A stretch of 64,000 nucleotides of DNA, taken from the IMG/VR virus record IMGVR_UViG_3300030106_006575; one strand, given 5' to 3'. Positions 10,801 through 19,001 of the stretch are shown here, one piece after another. The notes below the pieces were generated by a model. It was not told where the DNA came from. It did no database searches and saw nothing but the letters and a program-made list of their open reading frames with translations. The stretch comes from an uncultured virus (IMG/VR IMGVR_UViG_3300030106_006575) (lineage: Duplodnaviria > Heunggongvirae > Uroviricota > Caudoviricetes). Position 1 is the stretch's first letter. Each line of letters begins with the position of its first letter. A program made the translations under genes and the position numbers.

Positions 10801-11443
10801 TTGGAAGTATTTAGTTTTCTCCCAACCAGAATATAGGGCGCAAGATCTTGTTCACCCTAGTCAGCGCGAGGAAGAGTCCGAGTTAGATCCGCTAGCGGCA
10901 GATCGACAAAGAGGCATTCACCATTTACATATCGGTAGAGACAGTGGCCTAGTTAAAAGTGTTTCATTTTCTAAGTCTGCTAATTCCTCTCTTATGCCAG
11001 CTAGGCTTGAAAGAGAGGGGGAGTTTAATCCGTTAAATCAGTTAGCAGAAGTTTACAATGTAACAATTACTATGTTTGGCAATACTTTGTTTCGACCTGG
11101 ACAGATTATTTATATTAATCCTTTTGGGTTAGCCCCAACTGGCGGAATCGGGCAACCACATGATCCAAAGTCTATTTCAAATATAATGGGCTTGGGCGGG
11201 TATCATTCAATTACAAGAGTAAGTAGTTATATAGAGTCGGGTAAATTTGAAACAGTGATTGAGGCGACTTGGCAAAACAGCGGCGCCAAAAAGAGAGAAC
11301 AAAGTAACGTATCGTCGGATGACAAAGACTTTAATTGCCCAGCACCCCTTCCAGCATCATCATATATGCCTCCGCATCCCAGCCCGCGGGAGGGCAACTA
11401 TACTTCTGACACAGGCAACGACCTGCGTGCCAGGACTCAGTAA
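7817..11443 (+). CDS. Large baseplate hub/tail protein
   Basis: 1208 aa; C-terminal GLVKSVSFSK, ITMFGNTLFRPGQIIYINP, LGLGGYHSIT.V hub-like motifs; internal glycine zipper. Confidence 0.55.
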   Translation: MPNENGNNVYGESDPETAPEGYGGEQESFQFDVEVQPPPAEQRRLAAERNRLAYERALAADEAFIASGGVTGEMNAAEQRRLQQGGTDFGRTADEEDVREGLEMHTTGQADLPEGTHYRGGILTVEEEPTSKTPPEPDSSQKRFAEQCYLAWNLPTLAAYHQMSMTPPSIQGETAIGRTEVERSAYYAYRRTHLFDATKPETAALFMTKLNMRPGTEKLLDAKTNELSELIPKIKIYKIVHSEGTRYDVPFRFFDHTITQADAEEFWDSQSPENDASIFGQTPGGFQGRTGVGIKSFDWEYVGQTEHTVEREIRAKLVLFGQSMDEFARMRQEVVPATFEDEVEFVTKEYSYLDLIVHPPIRDAAEGNIEDTSVEDMEDPDSLASAEPHFGSPYSRGQGAGSMTVQDEGEGFEIKAVVGWNSIDHGETTVSSGVQDSTRAGQTVITLSFVDHEFSINEDGTILLTIQYIGALQSLLDLTKANVLMTGGAFGSAGSNSPFGEYHRNIRMYEAELKRLANSGCAEVDTALGAGPRAHDPWEQAFIENSIEKNRQREIRRGAAIIGAGGFTGVVLAEALDKEVYTGTDEQEEELRDQAERELQQAKIDRLNELVTESMDTLRRESMATMFQFLMDPRPIYPEVEGKRLMYTIPITKELIGRFANNSVLPDVGDYIDASAIGSGDIAVGPDAPQEDLLDEVTEAQLETAASAPGYLEHVSTRVGAGAAIGAGVGAVAGAGVGGVPGWAVGALAGLVVGTATYLTREEAPPLDNYDAISAWDPNDPTTHYINYFYLGDLVDILAFLVLGNTDDSAFYSEDDDYFKAKYAFKKEQVQDAMVLMGPMTVTVPSLGIDMPINISDIPISVRMFVEFFQRNVIEKDRMVYPFYSFVKDLIDQVAVRALGADCFSGIHTGGQQQINTTTLNGPPVEGSEDPIYSRYLEEVDTIEREQGIDDVGDSPSAGEGAAGVTARLDLEKYGYTKPIFTNNMGASNQINSRVWKYLVFSQPEYRAQDLVHPSQREEESELDPLAADRQRGIHHLHIGRDSGLVKSVSFSKSANSSLMPARLEREGEFNPLNQLAEVYNVTITMFGNTLFRPGQIIYINPFGLAPTGGIGQPHDPKSISNIMGLGGYHSITRVSSYIESGKFETVIEATWQNSGAKKREQSNVSSDDKDFNCPAPLPASSYMPPHPSPREGNYTSDTGNDLRARTQ

Positions 11444-11466
11444 ATTAAAGAAAGGAGAAACAAGTT

Positions 11467-12744
11467 ATGGCGATAAAAGCGAAAAACAAATCAAAAACAC
11501 GTAGCTTGTTTAGAGATAGGCTCGACTACAAAGGCTATGCCTATAGTGCTGGGACTACACTAAATCTTTACCCACAAAATGTTCACGATTTATGGCATAA
11601 AGAGTATATGTTTTATGGAAAAGTGAGCATGGACGGATTCGTAGAACCAATGGAGCCCTATCCTCCATATTTGAAAGGCTTGGCAACAGAAAAGTCTTCT
11701 GTGCACGTCTTAAACTTTGTTGCAGATGCATTTAATAATTTCAAACAGGAATATTTATTAAGTATACAATCCGGACGACTTGATCCAAATGATCCCATGC
11801 TATCGAATATAAATCCAGTTAAGGCTTATATATCTGTTGATCAAGCTTATGATAAATTTCGTAGAGGATTTCATAGGTCGTTTATGAAGTATTTAAAAAG
11901 GATTCGCAAGACTAAATCCATAAACACTATGGATGACTTTTTAGCGGAAATGTTTTCATTTTTCTCAAGCGCACCTGACATCCCCTTTACTAAAAGCGCT
12001 TTTGTTATGAGCAGATATTGCGATCCATTGGTTAGTGGCTTATCGATTGATTTAATGGATTTGTCTTATAGCGATGATGAAGTAAAGAAAAGATTTATTG
12101 ACAGCCCCAACTTTGAAGGCTATGTTAAGACAGCAGCCAATCACGGATTTTTGGTAGATAAAAATATACCTTGGCGGCTTGTTGCTTATCTAAGATCTGG
12201 AATAATGGTTGAGTATGCGAAAAAATACAGACCAGAAGTGCAAATTCCAGAGGATGTGGCTAGGTTATTTTATGTTCGCAGTTCTGTTAATGAGTTGGAG
12301 GCTTTTAAAATGTATGCCATAAGATCATACAATCGATTTGTAAAAAAGAACCCTGTAAACATAACATTTAAGCATTCTAGAGGAAGAACAAAGAAGACAA
12401 GGTATGCCCGGGCACCAGTGACCAAAAAAGAGTTGCTCGACAAATATCCAGACAGCTATTGGTTGGATCATTTTATAAGAATTAGAAATAAGGAAACCAC
12501 GATAGGATATTCGGAGCCTGCTCTAAAGGAAATCGTAAAAGTTTCAAGAGATATTGAGAAAACCCTTGACATGGCCTCCGCCATGATGTATATTAAACGT
12601 AAGTTCAGTGGTGTTGAGTTTTACGATGGCTCCTTGGAACATACCATAGAGAAATCCAATCAAAGCACATACGGCACTGGCGAAGAGACGGTTAAGGAAG
12701 CTATTAATAGAAGAGCAAGGTCAGCTAGAAAGAAGTTTTTCTAG
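11467..12744 (+). CDS. Hypothetical protein
   Basis: 425-aa ORF with AGGAG RBS. Confidence 0.75.
   Translation: MAIKAKNKSKTRSLFRDRLDYKGYAYSAGTTLNLYPQNVHDLWHKEYMFYGKVSMDGFVEPMEPYPPYLKGLATEKSSVHVLNFVADAFNNFKQEYLLSIQSGRLDPNDPMLSNINPVKAYISVDQAYDKFRRGFHRSFMKYLKRIRKTKSINTMDDFLAEMFSFFSSAPDIPFTKSAFVMSRYCDPLVSGLSIDLMDLSYSDDEVKKRFIDSPNFEGYVKTAANHGFLVDKNIPWRLVAYLRSGIMVEYAKKYRPEVQIPEDVARLFYVRSSVNELEAFKMYAIRSYNRFVKKNPVNITFKHSRGRTKKTRYARAPVTKKELLDKYPDSYWLDHFIRIRNKETTIGYSEPALKEIVKVSRDIEKTLDMASAMMYIKRKFSGVEFYDGSLEHTIEKSNQSTYGTGEETVKEAINRRARSARKKFF
12566..12594 (+). promoter_or_regulatory. Sigma70-type promoter for the replication block
   Basis: TTGACA-17-TATATT. Confidence 0.55.
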
Positions 12745-12759
12745 CAAGTAGGGGGAACA

Positions 12760-13947
12760 TTGTATTTTCAAACGCTCGATGATAAGGGCGAGTGCGTTGG
12801 CGTGTATAAGGGCGGTGAGTTGTTCTTTGGCGATCTTCCAGAGGGACTTAAGAGAACCTGGAAGTATGCGGAGTATCTCGATGATCAAGATATAGAGTAT
12901 GCCAGCCTGTATTGCAAGAATCCATCCCTCGAATCCGCTTGTCCGAGCTACCTGATCGATGATTGGGTGGCCGTTGAGAACAAGTTAAAGGCATATTATC
13001 GCTCGTTTGTGTTGGCAAAAGTCAATATGAACGAGAACTGCTTTTTTGACCTTGTTCCAAAGCCGTTTTTGATGGAATATTGCAAAATTCGTAATAAAAT
13101 CACCAAATATGTGTTCGAAAACTACGAAAAGCCGCAAAATTATGACTTTTTGTCTGATTTGACCAAAGTCCTGACATCCATCCGCAATCAGAAGCTAAAT
13201 ATTGACGTTTCTTCTCTATCGGGGCAGGCGCACCTTGCTAAGTTCCGTAAAGCAATGAAGAAATATGCCCAAATCGATCCATACTGCCGGTATAACATAT
13301 CAGGAACGAAAACAGGACGATTGACGACTCAGAAGAACTCTTTTCCTATTATGACAATGGATAAAGACTTTCGTTCTATCGTAAAACCCCAAAATGATTG
13401 GTTTGTCGAGCTTGACTTCAATGCTGCCGAGCTTCGCACGTTGATAGCCCTTGGTGGGGCTACAATGCCCCCTGAAGACCTCCATCAGTGGAATGCGACC
13501 AATCTATTTAATGCGCGCACAACACGCGTAGAAGCGAAACAGAGGCTATTCTCGTGGCTCTATGACGAGAACAAAGAAAATGCCGCTTTATCCAAGATAT
13601 ATGATCGAGACAAGGTAAGAAGTAAGTTTTGGATAGATGGGGTGGTGAAAACAATGTTCGGTCGAGAGATTGAAGCCGATAGAAGTCACGCACTGAACTA
13701 TATCATCCAGAGCACCACCGCAGACTTGGTTTTGCGACAAGTTATTAAAATTTATGATTTTCTGAAAAACAAAGATTCATTCATCTCTTTCACGATTCAC
13801 GACAATATAGTTCTTGACATTCCCGACAAAGAGAGGTATATTATACCAGAGATGATTGAAATCTTTTCCGATACAGCCTTGGGCAAGTTCAAAGTGAATG
13901 TGAAGGCTGGAAAGAGTTTCGGCGAGTTGAGGACTTTAAATTTATGA
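12760..13947 (+). CDS. Short family A DNA polymerase-like protein
   Basis: TKTGRLT, motif A DFNAAELR, motif B R..AK....WLY, NYIIQST.AD, motif C IHD; no recognisable exonuclease domains. Confidence 0.8.
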   Translation: MYFQTLDDKGECVGVYKGGELFFGDLPEGLKRTWKYAEYLDDQDIEYASLYCKNPSLESACPSYLIDDWVAVENKLKAYYRSFVLAKVNMNENCFFDLVPKPFLMEYCKIRNKITKYVFENYEKPQNYDFLSDLTKVLTSIRNQKLNIDVSSLSGQAHLAKFRKAMKKYAQIDPYCRYNISGTKTGRLTTQKNSFPIMTMDKDFRSIVKPQNDWFVELDFNAAELRTLIALGGATMPPEDLHQWNATNLFNARTTRVEAKQRLFSWLYDENKENAALSKIYDRDKVRSKFWIDGVVKTMFGREIEADRSHALNYIIQSTTADLVLRQVIKIYDFLKNKDSFISFTIHDNIVLDIPDKERYIIPEMIEIFSDTALGKFKVNVKAGKSFGELRTLNL

Positions 13948-14789
13948 ATATTATTGGACTAGGAAGGGCGGGCTGTGCAATCGCTGACAGCTTTAGTCAA
14001 TATCCTCAATATGAGGTGTATAAAATAGATACAGGGCTCAGCGGCGAGCGATGCTTCTCTGTGGAAAAACAAAAAGGACCAGAAGAATATGAGGCCAACA
14101 GCCCATCTCTCAAGTCTTTCTTTAAAGAGGTTGAAGGGGATGCATTTTTTATAATTGGGGGCTCTGGTGATATTTCTGGTATGTGCCTGCGAGTTATGCA
14201 AGAGATAAAATCATCTTGCAACATAAGTGTCTTATACATCCGTCCAGATACTGAACTCTTGAGCGAAGTAAAGAAGATGCACGAAAGGGTTACTTTTAAT
14301 GTTTTGCAGGAATACGCTCGTTCGGGCTTACTTTCGGGTGTTTGCCTCGTTAACAACGCGGATTTGGAGAACATTCTTGATAATGTTCCCATAATGGGAT
14401 ATTACGATAAACTTAATGAGTTGCTTGTTTCGACAATCCACATGACGAATGTTTATAAAAACTCAGAACCGGTGATGGGCTCACTTAGTAGTCCAGGCGA
14501 GACAAAAAGAATTTATACAGTTGGTATCTTTGATATGGAAAAGAATGAAGAAAAGTTCTTTTTTCCGCTTGACAAGGTGCGAGAAAAATGTTATATTTAT
14601 AGCATCAGTAAGGAAAAGCTTAAAACGGAAAGTGGCTTACATAAGNNNNNNNNNNATAAGACAATCACTTCCCAAATGAGAGAAAAACTTTCAGATGAAA
14701 ATATGAATATTTCTTTCGGGGTTTTCCCAACTGATTATAAAGTGGATTATGGGTACGTCTTAGCTTATAGTCCAAACATTCAAAGCTAG
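13944..14789 (+). CDS. Divergent tubulin/FtsZ-like protein
   Basis: IIGLGRAGCAIA, IDT, GGSGDISG (degenerate signature loop), LYIRP, LVNN. N gap at 14646-14655. Confidence 0.6.
   Translation: MNIIGLGRAGCAIADSFSQYPQYEVYKIDTGLSGERCFSVEKQKGPEEYEANSPSLKSFFKEVEGDAFFIIGGSGDISGMCLRVMQEIKSSCNISVLYIRPDTELLSEVKKMHERVTFNVLQEYARSGLLSGVCLVNNADLENILDNVPIMGYYDKLNELLVSTIHMTNVYKNSEPVMGSLSSPGETKRIYTVGIFDMEKNEEKFFFPLDKVREKCYIYSISKEKLKTESGLHKXXXXKTITSQMREKLSDENMNISFGVFPTDYKVDYGYVLAYSPNIQS
14569..14597 (+). promoter_or_regulatory. Sigma70-type promoter upstream of SSB
   Basis: TTGACA-17-TATATT with TG extension. Confidence 0.55.
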
Positions 14790-14839
14790 CAGAACAGGAA
14801 ATTTGCTGTTCTGACTTTAACAAAAAAGGAGAAAAGAAA

Positions 14840-15592
14840 ATGGCTATTGATCTTAATAAAATGCGTGCTAAACTAGACGCACTTCAAAGCAGAGGAGAAA
14901 AGAAGGATTCGGCTTTCTGGCGACCAGAAGACGGTGAACAGACAATTCGTATCGTCCCTACCGCGGATGGCGATCCCTTCAAGGAGTATTGGTTCCACTA
15001 TAACTTGGGCAAGAACCCTGGTTTCTTGAGTCCGAAGCGAAACTTCGGTATCGATGACCCGTTGAACGATTTTGTTCGACAGTTGTTTAATGAGGGAACT
15101 GAGGATTCTATTAAGATGGCCAAAAATCTTATGGCTCGTCAACGTTTCTTCNNNNNNNNNNTGGTTCGCGGAGAAGAAGAGAAAGGCGTCCGTATCTGGG
15201 GCTTTGGTAAGATGGCATATCAGGAGTTGCTGAACCTTGTTCTTAACCCTGAATATGGTGATATTACTGATACTGAATCAGGTACAGATCTCGTTCTTAA
15301 GTATGGTAAGCCACCAGGGGCTCAATTCCCGCAAACAACTTTGACTCCACGTCGACGGACTTCACCTTTGTGTGATGAAGCGTTGGGTGGACCCGAGAAG
15401 TGCGCGGAGCTTTTGGAGAGTATTCCAGACTTTGATGGTCTGTTTACACGGAAAACCCCCGAGGAGATTCAAGTTATGCTGGACGAATGGCTAGCAGGCG
15501 AAGATGAAGGCTCGGAGGATGTTGTCAAGTACGACAGCAAGGGTGTATCGACATCAGTTGATTCAGCCTTTAAACAACTAATGAATGCATAA
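14840..15592 (+). CDS. Single-stranded DNA-binding protein (gp32-like)
   Basis: FWRP..G.QTIRIVP, FHY, GVRIWGFGK, YGDITD..G.D, acidic tail. N gap at 15152-15161. Confidence 0.8.
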   Translation: MAIDLNKMRAKLDALQSRGEKKDSAFWRPEDGEQTIRIVPTADGDPFKEYWFHYNLGKNPGFLSPKRNFGIDDPLNDFVRQLFNEGTEDSIKMAKNLMARQRFFXXXXVRGEEEKGVRIWGFGKMAYQELLNLVLNPEYGDITDTESGTDLVLKYGKPPGAQFPQTTLTPRRRTSPLCDEALGGPEKCAELLESIPDFDGLFTRKTPEEIQVMLDEWLAGEDEGSEDVVKYDSKGVSTSVDSAFKQLMNA

Positions 15593-15605
15593 AGGAGAAA
15601 TTAGT

Positions 15606-15890
15606 ATGCTTAACAATATGGATGGTACGATGAAAATCGCACTCTTTAGCTTTATCGGCGCGGCAATCCTGTCGTTTTTCATGTTCACTGAAACCGCCAG
15701 TGACGATAATGAGACAACTGCGGCTGAGGAGCTTATTGAAGCAGCGCTCACGCCAACGACAGTGGATGCATTGACTGAGACAGTCGAAGCAAGTTCCGAA
15801 GAAGTGGCTACGGAGGGCAACACAGTAACAGCAGAGATGGTTATTACTGATTCGGAGTCCGAAGATACTGTGGATTCGTCTACGCACTAA
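15606..15890 (+). CDS. Small membrane-anchored acidic protein
   Basis: N-terminal hydrophobic helix, then a T/E-rich tail; AGGAG RBS. Confidence 0.6.
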   Translation: MLNNMDGTMKIALFSFIGAAILSFFMFTETASDDNETTAAEELIEAALTPTTVDALTETVEASSEEVATEGNTVTAEMVITDSESEDTVDSSTH

Positions 15891-15906
15891 TCCCCCAAAC
15901 CGCAGG

Positions 15907-15940
15907 GGGGCATGGGTTTACAGATGCCCCATTTTTTATT
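15907..15940 (+). terminator. Hairpin/possible terminator
   Basis: GGGGCAT...ATGCCCC followed by ATTTTTT. Confidence 0.5.
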
Positions 15941-15953
15941 AAAAGAGGGAAAA

Positions 15954-16418
15954 ATGAGTTTTTATAAGAAAATCCAAGCTTTGAATCTCGGAGATGATAC
16001 GAGTGTAAATCTTACTTGGGAAGAAGGGTGTGATGTGCATCATTATACCGATGATCATTTAGATCAAGCAATGTGTGAAACAGGTATTGCCGATACCTTG
16101 GCAGAAGCCATCACGAGTGGTCCGTTATATACGAATGGCAATGAAATTTTAGATGAGATGAGAGACGAAGGTCTGCTTGACGATTATGAGCGAGGAACAG
16201 AAGATTTCACTAGTTTCGTAGCCGAAGTTATCGCCTCAGAGCACTGGAACTATGACTGGCTTGATTATTCGACTGAGAAATACGATCACAAGCGAGGTTT
16301 TACCACCTTCACACTTGATTTTAATGTGAAAGCCGCTGATCTTAGAGAACATCCCTACGCTTTTTATGGCTGGACCGCTAGCGTCCGGACACCAAACGGC
16401 ACTTTAACACTGGATTAA
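15954..16418 (+). CDS. Hypothetical acidic protein
   Basis: ORF with GAGG RBS. Confidence 0.7.
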   Translation: MSFYKKIQALNLGDDTSVNLTWEEGCDVHHYTDDHLDQAMCETGIADTLAEAITSGPLYTNGNEILDEMRDEGLLDDYERGTEDFTSFVAEVIASEHWNYDWLDYSTEKYDHKRGFTTFTLDFNVKAADLREHPYAFYGWTASVRTPNGTLTLD

Positions 16419-16422
16419 CAAT

Positions 16423-17544
16423 ATGGCTAAAGCTAAGAAGCAAAAGGCAGGAAAGCTTTCTATCGCAGATATGCGAAAGATCATTAATAAGAAAGCAGGT
16501 ATTGAAGTCGCCCATGATTTGGGAGGCACCAATCCGACCGAAGTAAAAGAATGGATTCCAACTGGCTCACGCTGGCTAAATTCCATTATCTGTCGAGGCA
16601 AATACGCTGGTATTCCGATTGGTAAAATCAGCGAGATTGCCGGTCTTTCAGCTTCAGGCAAGTCGTATATGGCAGCTCAGATCGCAGGCAACGCCCAGAA
16701 AATGGGGATTGATGTTGTTTATTTTGATTCTGAGTCTGCCGTGGACCCAGACTTCTTGGCTGGCGCGGGCTGTGATTTAGAGAAACTACTTTATATCCAA
16801 GCACAATCAGTCGAGTTCGTTTTGGAAACCATTGAAGAGTTATTGGCCGGTAATGAAAACCGAATGCTCTTTATCTGGGACTCGCTTGCCATGACGCCTG
16901 CCGTATCTGATATCGAGGGTGACTTTAATCCCCTTTCCAGTATGGCAGTTAAGCCTCGTATTCTTTCAAAGGGGTTTGCTAAGCTAACGGTGCCGATTGC
17001 AAACTCGCAGTCAACCTTGCTTATTCTGAACCAGTTGAAAACCAATATTACGAGTAATATTGCAGAAGCCCGTTTGGAACCGTATTTCACCCCCGGTGGA
17101 AAGGCTGCAATCTACGCTTATTCGCTTCGAATCTGGCTAACTGCCCGACGAGGCAAATCAAGCTTCATTTATGATGATAAGGGATTCCGTGTTGGTACGG
17201 AGGTTAAAGCGAAGATTAAGAAGTCTCGTTTTGGCTCTGATGCACGAGAATGCACATTTAAGATTTTGTGGGCCGGTGAAGACGTGAAGATCCAAGATGA
17301 AGAGTCTTGGCTAGAGTCCATTAAAGGTTCTAAATATCTCACAAACGCCGGAGCCTGGTTTACTTTGCAATATGAAGATGGATCCAGCGAGAAGTTTCAA
17401 TCTGCTACTTGGATTAAGAAACTTGAGAGTGAAAAGTTTAGAAATCGTGTTTTGCAGGTTATGGAAGAAGAGGTTATTCTTAAATTCGAGAAAAAAGAAG
17501 TCGATGCAAAAGAATTTTATGATATTGATGGAGAAGATGAATAA
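16423..17544 (+). CDS. recA: RecA/UvsX recombinase
   Basis: IPTGS, Walker A GLSASGKS, YFDSE, IWDSLA, ILNQ, TPGGKA. Confidence 0.92.
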   Translation: MAKAKKQKAGKLSIADMRKIINKKAGIEVAHDLGGTNPTEVKEWIPTGSRWLNSIICRGKYAGIPIGKISEIAGLSASGKSYMAAQIAGNAQKMGIDVVYFDSESAVDPDFLAGAGCDLEKLLYIQAQSVEFVLETIEELLAGNENRMLFIWDSLAMTPAVSDIEGDFNPLSSMAVKPRILSKGFAKLTVPIANSQSTLLILNQLKTNITSNIAEARLEPYFTPGGKAAIYAYSLRIWLTARRGKSSFIYDDKGFRVGTEVKAKIKKSRFGSDARECTFKILWAGEDVKIQDEESWLESIKGSKYLTNAGAWFTLQYEDGSSEKFQSATWIKKLESEKFRNRVLQVMEEEVILKFEKKEVDAKEFYDIDGEDE

Positions 17545-17585
17545 CTTTTGTTTTTGTCCGTCTAATATATAAAGGAGGGAGAAAA

Positions 17586-17918
17586 ATGAAATATTTATTA
17601 TTTTTAGGATTGCTAGCCGGATGTGTTCACACTCAGCCAGTACATCATCACCATCACGTCACCCCACGTCCTGTGGTTGTTCACCACAATCACCATAATC
17701 ACCACAATCATCGTCCTAGGGTAGTTGTACACCACACAACGACACACAGGGTAGTGATTCGCCCACGAAGACCAGCACATACTGGCCACGGGCACCATCA
17801 CAACTCTCCTCATGCTGGGCATAACCATAATCACCATAATGGACAACATGCTCACAATCGGCGTCCTAACCGGCGTTCGCAGAATACTGTGACATTAAGA
17901 CGCCGACACCGACGTTAA
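17586..17918 (+). CDS. His/Arg-rich putative lipoprotein
   Basis: Lipobox LAGC after a short signal peptide; HHN repeats; AGGAGG RBS. Confidence 0.65.
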   Translation: MKYLLFLGLLAGCVHTQPVHHHHHVTPRPVVVHHNHHNHHNHRPRVVVHHTTTHRVVIRPRRPAHTGHGHHHNSPHAGHNHNHHNGQHAHNRRPNRRSQNTVTLRRRHRR

Positions 17919-17933
17919 AATAAATTCTTTAGC

Positions 17934-17962
17934 TTGACAGTTCCCCCTGGATATGTTATTAT
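17934..17962 (+). promoter_or_regulatory. Sigma70-type promoter
   Basis: TTGACA-17-TATTAT. Confidence 0.6.
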
Positions 17963-17987
17963 ATTAACAATACTCAGGGGGATTTTT

Positions 17988-18956
17988 ATGAAACGAGTAA
18001 TGGTAATCGATGCTCTCAATATGTTCATTCGGAACTATATTGTTAACCCGATGATTTCAACTAATGGTAATCCAGTCGGCGGAGCAGTCGGTTTTTTAAA
18101 TTCGGTTAAAAAGCTGATGAGGGAAGCAAAGCCGGATCAGGTTATTATCTGTTGGGATGGGGCTGGCGGCTCTCAGAAGCGCAGACAGACTGTCAAAGAA
18201 TATAAGCAGGGACGTAAGCCTCTTCGCAAGAACTACAAGATCGAAGGCATGTCAGAACAGTCTGAAAAAGACAATATGATCTGGCAACAGCGCATTTTGA
18301 TGGAAATGCTAAATGAGATGCCCATCATACAGCTTATGCTTGATAGGGTCGAAGCTGATGACATTATTGCTATGGTCACAAAGTCAACTAAGTATAATGG
18401 ATGGCAAAAAGTTATTGTTTCGTCGGACAAGGACTTTCTCCAACTTCTTGATGAAGAGACGATTTTATATCGACCCATTCAAAAGAAAGCGTGGACGAAG
18501 AACACAGTTATCGAAGAATATGGAATCTCCCCTGAGAATTTTGTTATCGCTCGTGCAATAGCAGGCGATAAATCAGACAATTTGGCTGGTATCAAGGGTG
18601 CTGGACTGCCAACTATTTCTAAGCGGCTCAGCTTTCTTTGCGAAGATAAGATGCACACACTTGACAAGGTATATGACCATTGTGTCAACATCGAGAGTAA
18701 ATTAAAGTTTCACGAAAGAATAGTTGAAGACTGGGATATTGTCAAGAGAAACTATAAAGTTATGAATCTCACACCGCCAGCCATCTCGGTTCAGGGTCGT
18801 CAAAAAGTCAACTTTGCTCTGGATAACTTTGAATTTGAATTAAACGCTACTGAACTAAAGCGTACCTCTGTTGAGCAGGGCTTCGGTTCCTATGATTGGT
18901 CCGAGCTTATGGCGATGCTCCGTGGCGTAGTTGAGAAAAATAGAAAAGCTGCTTGA
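17988..18956 (+). CDS. 5'-3' exonuclease/flap endonuclease (T4 RNase H/PolI N-terminal-like)
   Basis: IDALN, WDG, YKQGR, EADD, SSDKDFLQL, GDKSDNL.GIKGAG. Confidence 0.92.
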   Translation: MKRVMVIDALNMFIRNYIVNPMISTNGNPVGGAVGFLNSVKKLMREAKPDQVIICWDGAGGSQKRRQTVKEYKQGRKPLRKNYKIEGMSEQSEKDNMIWQQRILMEMLNEMPIIQLMLDRVEADDIIAMVTKSTKYNGWQKVIVSSDKDFLQLLDEETILYRPIQKKAWTKNTVIEEYGISPENFVIARAIAGDKSDNLAGIKGAGLPTISKRLSFLCEDKMHTLDKVYDHCVNIESKLKFHERIVEDWDIVKRNYKVMNLTPPAISVQGRQKVNFALDNFEFELNATELKRTSVEQGFGSYDWSELMAMLRGVVEKNRKAA

Positions 18957-18981
18957 CATTTGCAGCGTATCAGATTATACT
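18953..18981 (+). promoter_or_regulatory. Sigma70-type promoter
   Basis: TTGACA-17-TATACT. Confidence 0.6.
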
Positions 18982-19001
18982 AATAATCTACCGGGGGATT
19001 A

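Noticed and set aside
14641..14660. ATAAG direct repeat around Ns, and the other N runs (15152, 42808, 51979)
   Set aside because: These are uniform 10-N scaffolding gaps, not biology; reading frames across them are uncertain.
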